A program made the position numbers and the translations under genes. Positions 12,501-22,740 of a DNA stretch of 64,000 bases are shown in pieces (position 1 is the stretch's first letter; each line of letters starts with the position of its first letter). The stretch is from Oikopleura dioica (lineage: Eukaryota; Animalia; Chordata), in the NCBI GenBank assembly GCA_907165135.1, contig OU015567.1:8618001-8682000 (forward strand). Direction: 5' to 3'. Below the pieces are notes generated by a model that was not told the DNA's origin, made no database searches, and saw only the letters and a list, made by a program, of their open reading frames with translations.

Positions 12501-14915
12501 TCAAAACTCATAAAGAATGACGAGAGTAATCTTCAAAACGACTCTATAGTTGAAATTAATGGCGTTGAAAATATCAAAAATAAGAAAATCCGCATTTTAA
12601 AGTTTGATCCTGCCACAAGAATCAAAAACTTTATTTATTCTCTCGATCAGTCAACCCAGATTACATCATTACTTGACCTTAAATCTGAGTATATCCAAAA
12701 ATCTGATCAACCCTCTTATGCTTTACGTAATAATGGATACATCAACAAAGTTTTCTTTGCCGCTCCGGTGGACTATACAGATTTATATAGTTATGTATGG
12801 AACTCTATACCCGCGTTAGTTTATGATCAGATTCACGTTTTCGGAGGATATGTTATTGGTTCATCGCAGAGGGTAATTAAAACATTACAAAACGAGATTA
12901 ATCTTTACTTACAGATAGCTCGATTGGACGGGTGTCGATTCACTGAATTACCTGTTCGACTTACTCACCATTATTATAATGCACATGCAGCTTTAACTGT
13001 TGACCGAGGCAGAAAAGGTTAACTTTGTTCTTGTATACTAAACTTCGGTCCCTCTTCCTTGTTTTCAGCTATTTTAGCTATTATTTGTTTCGATTATTAC
13101 GAAAAAAATTGTGAGTTATTCGATGGATCAACGACGAAAACAATTTTTGCAACGAGGAAAACACACATATCTGGAGAATTGGCCTTCTATAATGGTCGCC
13201 CGACTGTAGTTGGGGGAGAAATGGGTTTATATGAACCCTATCCAAAAGGATCAGTTGAGACATTGACTGAAAACGGCTGGATCACATTAAAATCTCATCC
13301 AAGGTAGAGTCTACGTTGTAGCTGGGTATTATTTTGAGATCTGATGTGAATCATGTGCAGTAGAAACTTAAATTTCCGCCGCTTTTTAGGTCCGAAATCA
13401 CACCACAAGCGGCGGAATTTTGTGTTTTTCCAAGGGTCGTCAGATTCAGCGAAATTTTTCTTTGTATATTCGTTAACCCATTTTAACTCTTATTTGACGC
13501 GTTTTTATAGATAAATAGAACAATAAACGAAAATTTTTCGGAGTTAGCGGAAGATTGCGAAGAATTATATCAAAATAACCCCTAAAAAAAACAAGTTAGT
13601 AAAATATCTGATTTTTCTCCTGAAAACTGATGAAATAAATTACGTTGTGAAAAGCAGCGGAATTTTAAGCTCATTTTAGGCTCAAAATATGGCAAATTTT
13701 GGGAAAAAGCGGCGGAATTTTGATGCGGGGAAATTTGAGTTTTCACTGTGGAGGTTTTCGTTGAATATTTTAGATGGATACTTTATTTTTCCGCAGTTGG
13801 TCTCCCTTCAGGGGGCCTTTTGACACTGGGAGGTTTATCTTCTAACACTGAAAATGTGAAAATGGACGAAATCTGGAGATTGATGAACAACAAGTGGTCA
13901 AGAATCGGCTTTCTTTCAAAAGTAATTTAAAACAAACCTATCTTTCTCAATTGATCACCCTCGAAACAAAACAAAAAAATCTCATCGTATATTTCAGGAA
14001 ATTTTGTTTTCAACGGCAATTTTATTTGACAACGCCATATTTTTATTCCCTGGCTGGCATTCCGACTCAGACTCTGGGAGTTTTTTCGTACAAAAAATTG
14101 AATTAGGTCAATGTTTCAAGGTTACTTGAAAATGACTTTTGCGGAGCAAAATTCTAGCCCCTATATTGCTTATGCTCATTCGAAAGAACAACACCTAAGG
14201 ATTTGAATGGTATAATTTTGAGGGTCTGAGTCATCACATATGACGTCATAAAGGCTCCCCCTTGAAAAATGGTCATGAAGCCCTGTATCTCCGAAAATTT
14301 TCAGAATTATATGGAGATTTTGATATCGTTGAAAAGCTCAGCTCAAACTGTGTATGGGCACCCACTGCGCAAGAGAAAATTCCAAGCGAAAAAATATTTT
14401 TTGAGACAAAAAATTTTCACTCAAAATTTTTTTTTCAAATTATTTCTTGCGCACCAGGTGCCCATACACAGTTTCAGCTGCGCTTTCGAATGATGCCCAT
14501 ATATCCATACTTTTTTCGAAAATTTGTGGAGATACAGGGCTTCATGACCTGTCTTTTTCTGATACTTTAGGCGCTAGAATTTGACATTCTTCGTGGCTTG
14601 GACACATAAAAATTGTACCATTCGACTCCTTAGATTCTGCGCTACAAACTAAGCACTAAAAATATTGAGGTCAGGATTTTGCTCCGCAGAAGTCATTTTC
14701 ATCTATCCAAGCTTCTTTATACATTTTCGCAATAACTAAACTAAAGTAATTATTATTATTTCAACTAATTGTTTCTTCTGGAACAAAACCAAGATTACGA
14801 AGAAAATGTTGGTGCCATCCACCTTATTGACGTGAAAGAGTACCATCATTCAGAAATTAACGAGTTCGCTCCTCCGATTATTTTTGAGACCCCTGTTGGT
14901 TACTGTGCTCTATAA
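9584..14915 (+). CDS. Multi-exon type II membrane protein with Cys-rich CPC..GGCPC motif and C-terminal kelch-like beta-propeller (larvacean-expanded family)
   Basis: N-terminal hydrophobic segment (VVTGSLFWATIILI), Cys cluster CPTQKYCSGGCPCPFYNC (ORF 10096-10755), and kelch-type motifs QIHVFGG, IARLDGCRFTELPVRL, ICFD...CELFDG, PTVVGG, LLTLGG. Terminal exon 14794-14915 ends PIIFETPVGYCAL*. Most junctions are GT-AG and in phase; the junction near 12465-12530 is unresolved, so this could be two genes. Confidence 0.65.
13358..13748. mobile_element. Intronic MITE (391 bp) with CAGT-starting terminal inverted repeats
   Basis: Left end cagtagaaacttaaatttccgccgcttttt; the right end reverse-complements to cagtgaaaactcaaatttcc...aaattccgccgcttttt. 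Internal subrepeats aagcggcggaattt. Flanked by tg on both sides. Confidence 0.65.
14127..14701. mobile_element. Intronic MITE with nested inverted repeats
   Basis: Terminal IR tgaaaatgacttttgcggagcaaaat / attttgctccgcagaagtcattttca. Perfect internal 22-bp IR ggtcatgaagccctgtatctcc (14271) / ggagatacagggcttcatgacc (14528-14549), and actgtgtatgggcacc / ggtgcccatacacagt. Confidence 0.8.
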
Positions 14916-15064
14916 AATATAAAAATTATTATATATAGCTTGTTGTTCGTTTTAGCTGTCAGCTCATTCATTCTCATTATAGACATACTTACTAATGCAA
15001 TTATAACAAATTTATGGCAAGATCTTGATTTAAATTATGAGCTGACACAGTAAAAGTGAAAGAA

Positions 15065-16125
15065 TTATGTAGGTCTGAGAACTTTGGAAATTGCAGTTCT
15101 CGATTTTCTCGTCGTTTCTTTGAGGCTGATTGTGATTACGTCGAGGATAAAGAAGACTATCGAAACAATAGTCATGATTGACAAGTAGGCGAACATGAAG
15201 CCCTTCTCGTAGCTTCTTGGAACGGTGAATTTGATGCCATCTCCTTTAGGAACTGGGTAAGTGTCCATGAAGCTCTTTACTTCTTCTGGTGTGGCGGTGC
15301 AATGATACTCATGTGGAGGTCTCATTTTCTTGTGGAAAGGCATTGGTTCGTGGTTGTGCTGATTGTCGAGAATCTTGTAAAGAAGATATAGGAAGACCAT
15401 TTCAATGACGACGGAAACGATGCCCGAGATGATCTTAAAATTACTTTAAGGTTGAAGCGTTTAATTTATGTTGCAAATCAAAAACGACAGATTTTTAATT
15501 GAGCCAGATGAATACTCGTAAAGACCATCTAAGCCTCTTCACTTACGTTGCAAACAATCATTGAGGTTTTGTAAGGAACTGTCTCTGCCCTGTTGTCAAT
15601 TCTGACAACTCTTTCTTTAATCGGTTTCGTATACTTTTCATCTGCCTTTTTCGCCCTCAATTTAGCAGTCAATTGCATCGCGTAGCCATAGTAAAGAAGT
15701 CGCGGAAGCGATATCGCAAGAATCTTAGCCGGAGTTTACTGAATGCTTTTAAATTTAAACGCACCTGCATCGTAAAGAATCGTTGAAAATTAATTGGCTG
15801 AAACTTGTTGAAGCAGAAATTTCTTGCTCCGGTGTATCCACTCGTTGGTGTAGCGAAATTAAGGGCTTCATCGCCAAAAAGCCTAAAAATCATTATTTTA
15901 TGTTAATTTTTAATTGCTAAATCTTTATTTTGGAAGTTTATTTCGACGAAAATGCAAACTTTATTTTGAAAAAGAAGCGATTTTCTTCCATGATTTCATT
16001 ATTACTTACTCTCTTGTCAAACTGATGGGCAATAATCTGGCGATAAAGTTGGTATAGTTCCAAATTTGCCCAAAAACCGAGTTGAATTGGGTCGTTTGCT
16101 CGATTTTCTTTCTCAAATCATTCAT
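15065..16125 (-). CDS. Divergent connexin (gap-junction family), 259 aa, 4 exons: 16125-16010, 15882-15765, 15723-15547, 15433-15065
   Basis: Spliced translation MNDLRKKIEQTTQFNSVFGQIWNYTNFIARLLPISLTRE|LFGDEALNFATPTSGYTGARNFCFNKFQPINFQRFFTMQ|ILAISLPRLLYYGYAMQ...SMIVCN|IISGIVSVVIEMVFLYLLY...EYHCTA...YPVPKGDGIKFTVPRSYEKGFMFAYLSIMTIVSIVFFILDVITI. It aligns with connexin landmarks (GKVW..FIFR, WGDE..F, N.CYD..PIS..RFW.LQ, P.LLY, FE..F, SRPTEK..F). Four TM segments; all introns GT-AG with matching phases; no stops. Confidence 0.88.
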
Positions 16126-16524
16126 GTTTTGACTTTAAATCTCTGTTTCCTGGCTAATCGATCCGTGAATTCACGTAATCGTAATTGTTTGGTCGGCTAC
16201 AATTGAGGACAAAGCCACTTCTTCTCTGTTCTCCAAATACGCGTTCAAAAAATCAGAAATAAAACGGAAAAAGTTAAAGAAAAATGAGCCACGATGGGCG
16301 CGACCTCTAGTTTTTTCAGCTAAATTATTATCAACGAGGACTTCAGCCATGATTTAACGATCGAGCCTGCTAAGACTAGAGATAGTAGCGGATTTATCGA
16401 GGCTTCGGCACTATTATTTTTGTCGCCAAAGTAGGGCCATCAATCCATTCACCTCGAACGCAAATTGACCATGATAAATTGCTTATGTATATTCATTATG
16501 AAAAAGTAGTATAAACAGTGTTGA

Positions 16525-17301
16525 TTAAATCGGATCATCTTTGTATTCGACTCCTTCGAGTTCAAATAGTGCTTCTTTCAGAGGATCCTTGAGCCATTGA
16601 GATGGTTCCATGTCATTTCTAGCGATCATATGCTGCTGGAGAAGAGTAAAATGCTCTGGAGGCAGAACCTTAGGAGCATCTCCCAGATATTTTGGCTGAA
16701 AAATGGTTATTTCAATAGAATTATGGCATCCTCACGGGAATATTTGCATCGTAGTAGTCAAATTGATAGATTTCCCTCAACAACTCCTTGAGATCATCTT
16801 TCCAGCCCGTCGTGTTTCCAAAGAAAATCGCCTCCCGATACATCCCTGGCTTTACGAACCGTTTCGCTGTCGGATCTGTCCAGTCAAAATCGCTCAATCT
16901 AAATTTATGATCGTTTACGAACACATTTACGAAGAGGATGATAAATTTACCGATCATTCAAAGTGTACTTCCAGTAGGGTCTCCGGTCCCATTGGAAGTC
17001 GCCCTTTTTGACTCCATTGTGATACATCGTATAGCAGCATCCAGTTATGACCATAACGGTGTAGCCTTGAGGACATGTTAAAATTTTTGAAACCGGCGAA
17101 ATGCGGAATAATTTACTGATCAGTATAATTTAGATTTTGGCGATCAAGGTCAATACCTGTAATAATGATAATTTCATTGCCATGCTTCAAAGCCTTCTTG
17201 TAATTCTCTAAGTACTGTAGCAGAACATTCCTTGGCCCTTTTGAAAAATACGTTCTTCTGGAATAAATCAGAGTCGGCCGCGCTAGGAAATTTCGCATCA
17301 T
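16525..17301 (-). CDS. Small single-pass protein with a mitochondrial-presequence-like N-terminus (possible respiratory-chain accessory subunit)
   Basis: Four GT-AG-joined exons give MMRNFLARPTLIYSRRTYFSKG...KHGNEIIIITGYTVMVITGCCYTMYHNGVKKGDFQWDRRPYWKYTLNDRLSDFDW...YKDDPI*. The N-terminus is Arg-rich and acid-free, followed by one TM helix. Resemblance to NDUFA4- or NDUFA3-type subunits is weak and unverified. Confidence 0.55.
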
Positions 17302-17395
17302 AAACTTCCTGTTTGTGTAATTTTTAATTGAGAAAGATAATGACGCACTAATTTTTTTCATCTTTTGAAGCATTTATTGGTTACTCAATATATTT

Positions 17396-19300
17396 TTATA
17401 CAGGTAGAGTTTCTTGGTGAAGGTCGATTCTTGATGGCTTGTCGAAAATGTTTAAAACCTTCAAAAATATGTCAATACGTCGACGTCAATGTTGTTTTAC
17501 CTGTATGAGCTCAGAATGCAACTCCTCGAGACGCAAATCTGACTCGGATACAGTCTGAGCCACTTGTGTACTACTGTTTATCGGCTTTCTTTGAAGTGAT
17601 CTCATCGATCGCGTCCTGCCAGGTTTTCGCGGTGCCGTGCCAACTTTTTCGCAATTTCGCGCAGATTCAGACGTCCCGCTGTTGGGTTGAGACTCTGGCT
17701 CGTCTTCCTGGCAAGTACGTGGCATTGGATCTAAAGAAACGATTCAATTTGATAATAAGAATAAAAATTTATCTGAAGCAATATCGGCAATCTTCGACCG
17801 ACAATACTGAAGTCTGTTGGATAGTCTTGAGAAGTTATCTTTTTTGATAGGTTGTCTTCTATGATTTCAGTATTTTGTGTATCAGCTGACTTACGAAGAC
17901 TCTTGGCGATCAAAATCGGCGAGTTTGGCACATCAGAAACGAGCAATTCGTCAGGGATTGAGACCGATTGATTGATGGAGGAATCCACTGACGAGTTGAG
18001 AATCGTCCCCGTCGACGATCGTTTACAAATCTGATCCAAATCGGAAAGCCGGGAGCGCAACTCGGCCAGACGCTTCGCATTCTGGGCCCGGGAAGAGATC
18101 AGACTTTGCGGCACGGATTCACGGGGATTATTTCTGAAATTCGATTAAAGGTCAAATTTAATTTATCCTCCAAAGTCTGGGTAGCGGTTTTTTGGAAGGG
18201 TAATCAGCTAATTAGCACCATAGTGCGCGTGTTTTTTTAAATTTATTGATTGTTGCCGCTGCGATTTTGCAAAAGGTCAAAGAAGGAAACATAAAAAACC
18301 ACGTGACCGTTGCCGGCGGAGAAGATTACCTGTATAAGTCGTGCATTTCCCTGAGCGCTTCACACTCGATTTCAAGCTTTTCAATTTCGTCTAGAATTTC
18401 AGCGCGACACATGTTTTGGGCGGGTATTTCGGCCACGTTCCGCACAATGGGGCTGCCTTTTTTCCTTCGAAATGGGCTAAAAACAGATTATTATTAGAAA
18501 AAAAGGGATTAAAAAGCCGCGTACTCCCAGGGGCGAAAATAGAAAATCGCACACAAAGAGGTGGGTTCTATTTATGCTCGATGGGGATTATTACCTGAGG
18601 CTGAGGCGGGCGAGATTTTCGGTGGATTGAGAAATCCCCTTCGACCGTTTTCTCAAGGTACTGAAGGCGTCTGTAAGAGCGGGTCGACAGCGCTTACGAA
18701 GGCGGGAAAAGGTCTCGCCCATTTTCGAGACTCGGCTGGTTGATTTGGTTGACTCTGATGGACTAAAAGACGATTCATTGCTGGAGAAAATAATCATTTC
18801 TTACCTAAGCGAAAGGGATGACAAACTATGCTCTTTATGAATTCTTGAAGCGAGTTTCTGAAAAGACATTGCGAATTTTTCCAGTATCTCTTCGAAGTTA
18901 ACAATCTGTAACTCGTCCAGGCCCACAAGCTCTATTCGGAAGAGTCTATTCCACCTTGGCTCTTTGTTCAGCGATCAGAAACCATTTTACTCTTTTGTTA
19001 ATTTCACGAGTTGGTAAATAACAATTTTTTTCTATCTGAAATCGTCAAACAATCTCGAATCTCGTAAAACAATCTCAATGAAAAAAAAATGAAGTGAAAA
19101 ATCGGCGAAAAGAAAATTTTACGGGAAAAGCTATTTCCCGACCGGTTCCTTGGACAATATACAAGCCGGGAACAGGCAGCTTCTGTATCGAACAATCACA
19201 CAAGTAAATCTTCTCGTTTCCGAGCGAAATCACATACGCTGCATTACTGTACGGCGTGCTTGCTTCTCCAATATGAATCGACCCTTCGAGCTCGTGAAGA
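17396..19300 (-). CDS. Multi-exon Ser-rich protein with an HR1-like coiled coil; 5' end uncertain
   Basis: In-phase GT-AG exons (~19050-18950, 18853-18801, 18780-18594, 18478-18328, 18135-17790, 17734-17503, ~17446-17396). The segment ILDEIEKLEIECEALREMHDLYRNNP...LAELRSRLSDL resembles the HR1 region of CIP4/TOCA/NOSTRIN proteins (K.KDVY.KNP). Confidence 0.5.
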
Positions 19301-22300
19301 TTTCCTGAAACAACCTCGTATTTTTCTCTGCTTTTTCGGTTTTTTTTTCAAAAATGAGCACTTGGTAGTTGGGTATATTTTTTTTGTCTAGCTATTGATT
19401 AAACCCTCCGCGGCGACAGCGCGATCGGCTTTATAAGAATAATCTCCATTTTAACTGTTCATTAAGAATTTATCAGTAATGAGCAGATTGCCCTTCGTAC
19501 TCATCCTAACACGCCCGGGGCCCCTAAGGGTTACGTTCTATCAGATGCAGTCAGCGCTGGTTCCAAAATTGTCAGTCCCAAAAAGAACCAAACTGGAGGA
19601 TCAAAACATGGTGCCGGTAACGAATTTCGAATTCGACAACTTTGGACCGAAAAACTCGATGTTTTGTCAACATTGTCGATGATGTCAGCGATGTTAACAA
19701 CAGAAATAGATTGTCGAGGATTTTTGAAGAGAATTATTGAAATAAAAGGTTTAAATTTTCAATAAACAAACTGCTAAACCTAATACGAATATAATCTCCA
19801 TTCAAAATTGATCAAGCAATTCAAAAACAAGCATTTTTTAACAAAAGAGCTTTCCACTTTTTTGAAGTACACAAAATCGAGTTGAGTTTGTGTAAAAAAT
19901 AAAGAGTTGTCTTTTGACTCCGGAAGCTTTGAATAGGCCCTCGGCTTCGCCCTAGACCGTAAAAATCGCAGTTGCGTGATGAAATGACGTTGAATCGGAA
20001 AATTGGAGGGGATTGCTGAGGAGGGGATTAATCAATAGCAGCGTGGAAAAATCAGAATTCAAGGGAAACAACACAAATAATAGAGAGGTAGATTGAGTCC
20101 TGACTCGGCTTAGTCAGAGTCTAAAAGATTTAATAAAGATTTAAAAAGCCGCTTTTGAGAGCCTCTTCGCTTCTTTCAGACCCTGACTCAGGTTTTTGTA
20201 GAAAAACTTTTTCTGAAAATATCATTAAATCTTACCTGCAAGATCGACAGAATGCATTTTGCACTCGTCTCGGCTGCAAGAAAACTCGACAAAATCTTCA
20301 TCGTTCAAAAACATCTTCAATTCTTTGATTCTCTTCTTCAGTTCTTCTCAACTTTCTCGTCTGATAATTGTCTCTGCCGCATTCTTCAATTTCACTAATT
20401 GAAACTGAAAGGCACTAAAAAGGGAAAAATATTGAAAATATCGGGAACAGACGTATCGCGGTTTCTTTTTTGGCTTTACGAGGAAAACGCGCTGCGGTAG
20501 TTCGCGGCAACGCGGATGGGGGGTGAGTAGCGCCACCAACTGAATGCGCAGCCAGGCGCAAGATTTTTTTGAAATTTCTGCCTTTTGGGGATGATCTTAT
20601 ATGAAGTTTCATTTTCATCAAGATTTCGAAAATTGGCATTTTGAGAAATCAGTCTTTCAAAATTTCAATTACCGTGGGAATACCTGATAGAGGGGACTTT
20701 TTTGGGAGTTCTATGATTGTCCGAAGCTTTTATCTGTCAATTTCATGAAGAAGACTGTTTCATCAATTTTTAAATTCGACAAGTTTCCTCACTAAATCCC
20801 TCGTGTCCTCTGTGTTATCAAAATACTTTCAAAATCTTGCCCGCAAAATCGCCAACTTCCGCCAAAAAACACTGATTTCTTCTTTCCTTACCCAATATTC
20901 TTGACCGCCTTTCCGTCGTATAATTCCCCTCTGCGGAAGCAAAAATTAAGGTCAAATTTTATGAATGCCGGCGATGTTTGGCAAGCCTAAAAATCGCAGT
21001 CATGGAAAGTCGAAAACGGCGTGGGTATTATTCAGCTTGGCTTATTCAGCCAGGGGAGGATTATAAAGCAAATTGGACACATTTCGTCGATCTCGTCAGA
21101 TTAAACCTGGGCTTGGTTACAGTTACAGTCACTTTCGAAGCACCAGTCAAGCTCAGGTGAAAACTTGAGAGTCCTAATAATTGTTATGCCCGTGAATCAC
21201 TTGAAAAGGCAGCCACCGGGTCCGTTTGTCCTTTGACCCCGTTTCCAGCAAAGAAAAACCGAAGAAGCGAGAGGACGATTCAACTGGCTGAATAAGCACA
21301 CTGATCGGGTGCCAAAAAGCAGTTTGACAAATTTGCTAAATTCGGAGAAGCGGGACGCAAATAAAAATGTCCAATCGCTCATTTTTTTTTCAGCAGCGTG
21401 ATTATATCGTCCTGATCGATTATACCTCCTCAGAATTTTATAAGAGACGACAATTTATTTTTCTCATAGTGACACCCTTATTCTTTCTTTTCAGAAGATT
21501 TGATCAAAAATACTGACTGTTAAACCTGTATTACGTCTTTCAAACTCACCTTGAACTTGTTCTTTCAGCAAATTTCTATGGTAATCTTTGCGAAAAAAGC
21601 TGGACAAAGCTCACATTCAGATTTTTCTCCTTTGAGGATACCAACAAGCAGGATACAATAAAACCGCAAAACTATCGCGTCTCACAAAAAAGACAATTGG
21701 GGTCAACTTGAGGCGACAATTTTTCCGGTCGCATTTTGTTTCAGGGCTTGATTTCAATCTACAGTTACTGTGCTCTTCTGGATATAGAAGTGGCGGTGCT
21801 TCAGAGAAGCTTTATTATTTTACGAATCCAAATTGAATGAAAAGTTTTCCGTCAAGATTATTTGTTCCGAAAGGGCGAGGTCAGCTGCTTCATTTCCCGG
21901 GAAACTTTTATTTTATTGAGTGCCAAATTTGTGCGTTTTTGTTTGAATAAACAGATTGATCAAAAGAGTTGGAACTGAGGATGACTCCAACTGCGCCAAT
22001 TGAATATTTTTCGACTTGTTTTAATTTTTCTTTGTTCTTCTGAATTATTAAGACTTGTTTGAAGTTTTGAAATGTGGAAGCATGGGGCCATCGATTTTTC
22101 ATTAGATCGGGGGTCTTGGATGACAGCTTTTAGCTCGTCTTTTAGCGTAACTTTATCTATTATTTATTTTTGACACATGCTTTAAGACTTTTATTTAAAA
22201 AAAAAGATGTAATCAATTATTTAAGTTTTAAACAAACGAAAAATTAATAGAAAGTATTTTATCTGATTTCTTCTTTTTCAGAGCGGTGGTAGATTTCAAA

Positions 22301-22740
22301 AGATAGTTTATCGATCAATCGTCGAAATTTGAAGCAAGCACCATAAGAGCCGATCGCGGCGGAAAAGACTGTCCTTTTTTGCATCTCCCCTGGGTCAGCT
22401 CTGGTCTCTCTTCAAAACGTATAATTCTTTCGCCTTTTACTAAAGAATTCCGTGGAGAGGGACACTCTTATGAGTATTTGAATTTTTCTGAAGCCTCACA
22501 CGAGGCAGTAAACCTGAACTTTGACCTCGGTCCAAAAAAATCAGCCCTTCCTGAGCCCCCCCCCCTTCAGACCCGTTGACTGTGACCTCAAATTTTGGCT
22601 GGTTACGTTTCAAGTTTAAGGCTCTCCATGTCGTTTCATGCTTTCGTCACATCATTAAAACCAGCAATCGTTAAAAATCTGATCTTAATTACTTAACGGA
22701 GTTGTTTACTTCTCATCCAAAGAGAAAAAAAATTATAAGA

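Noticed and set aside
20230-22100. Possible scattered minus-strand exons (e.g. EELKKRIKELKMFLNDEDFVEFSC; FRKDYHRNLLKEQVQ)
   Set aside because: Donor sites exist, but I could not link them into a phase-consistent gene or recognise a domain.
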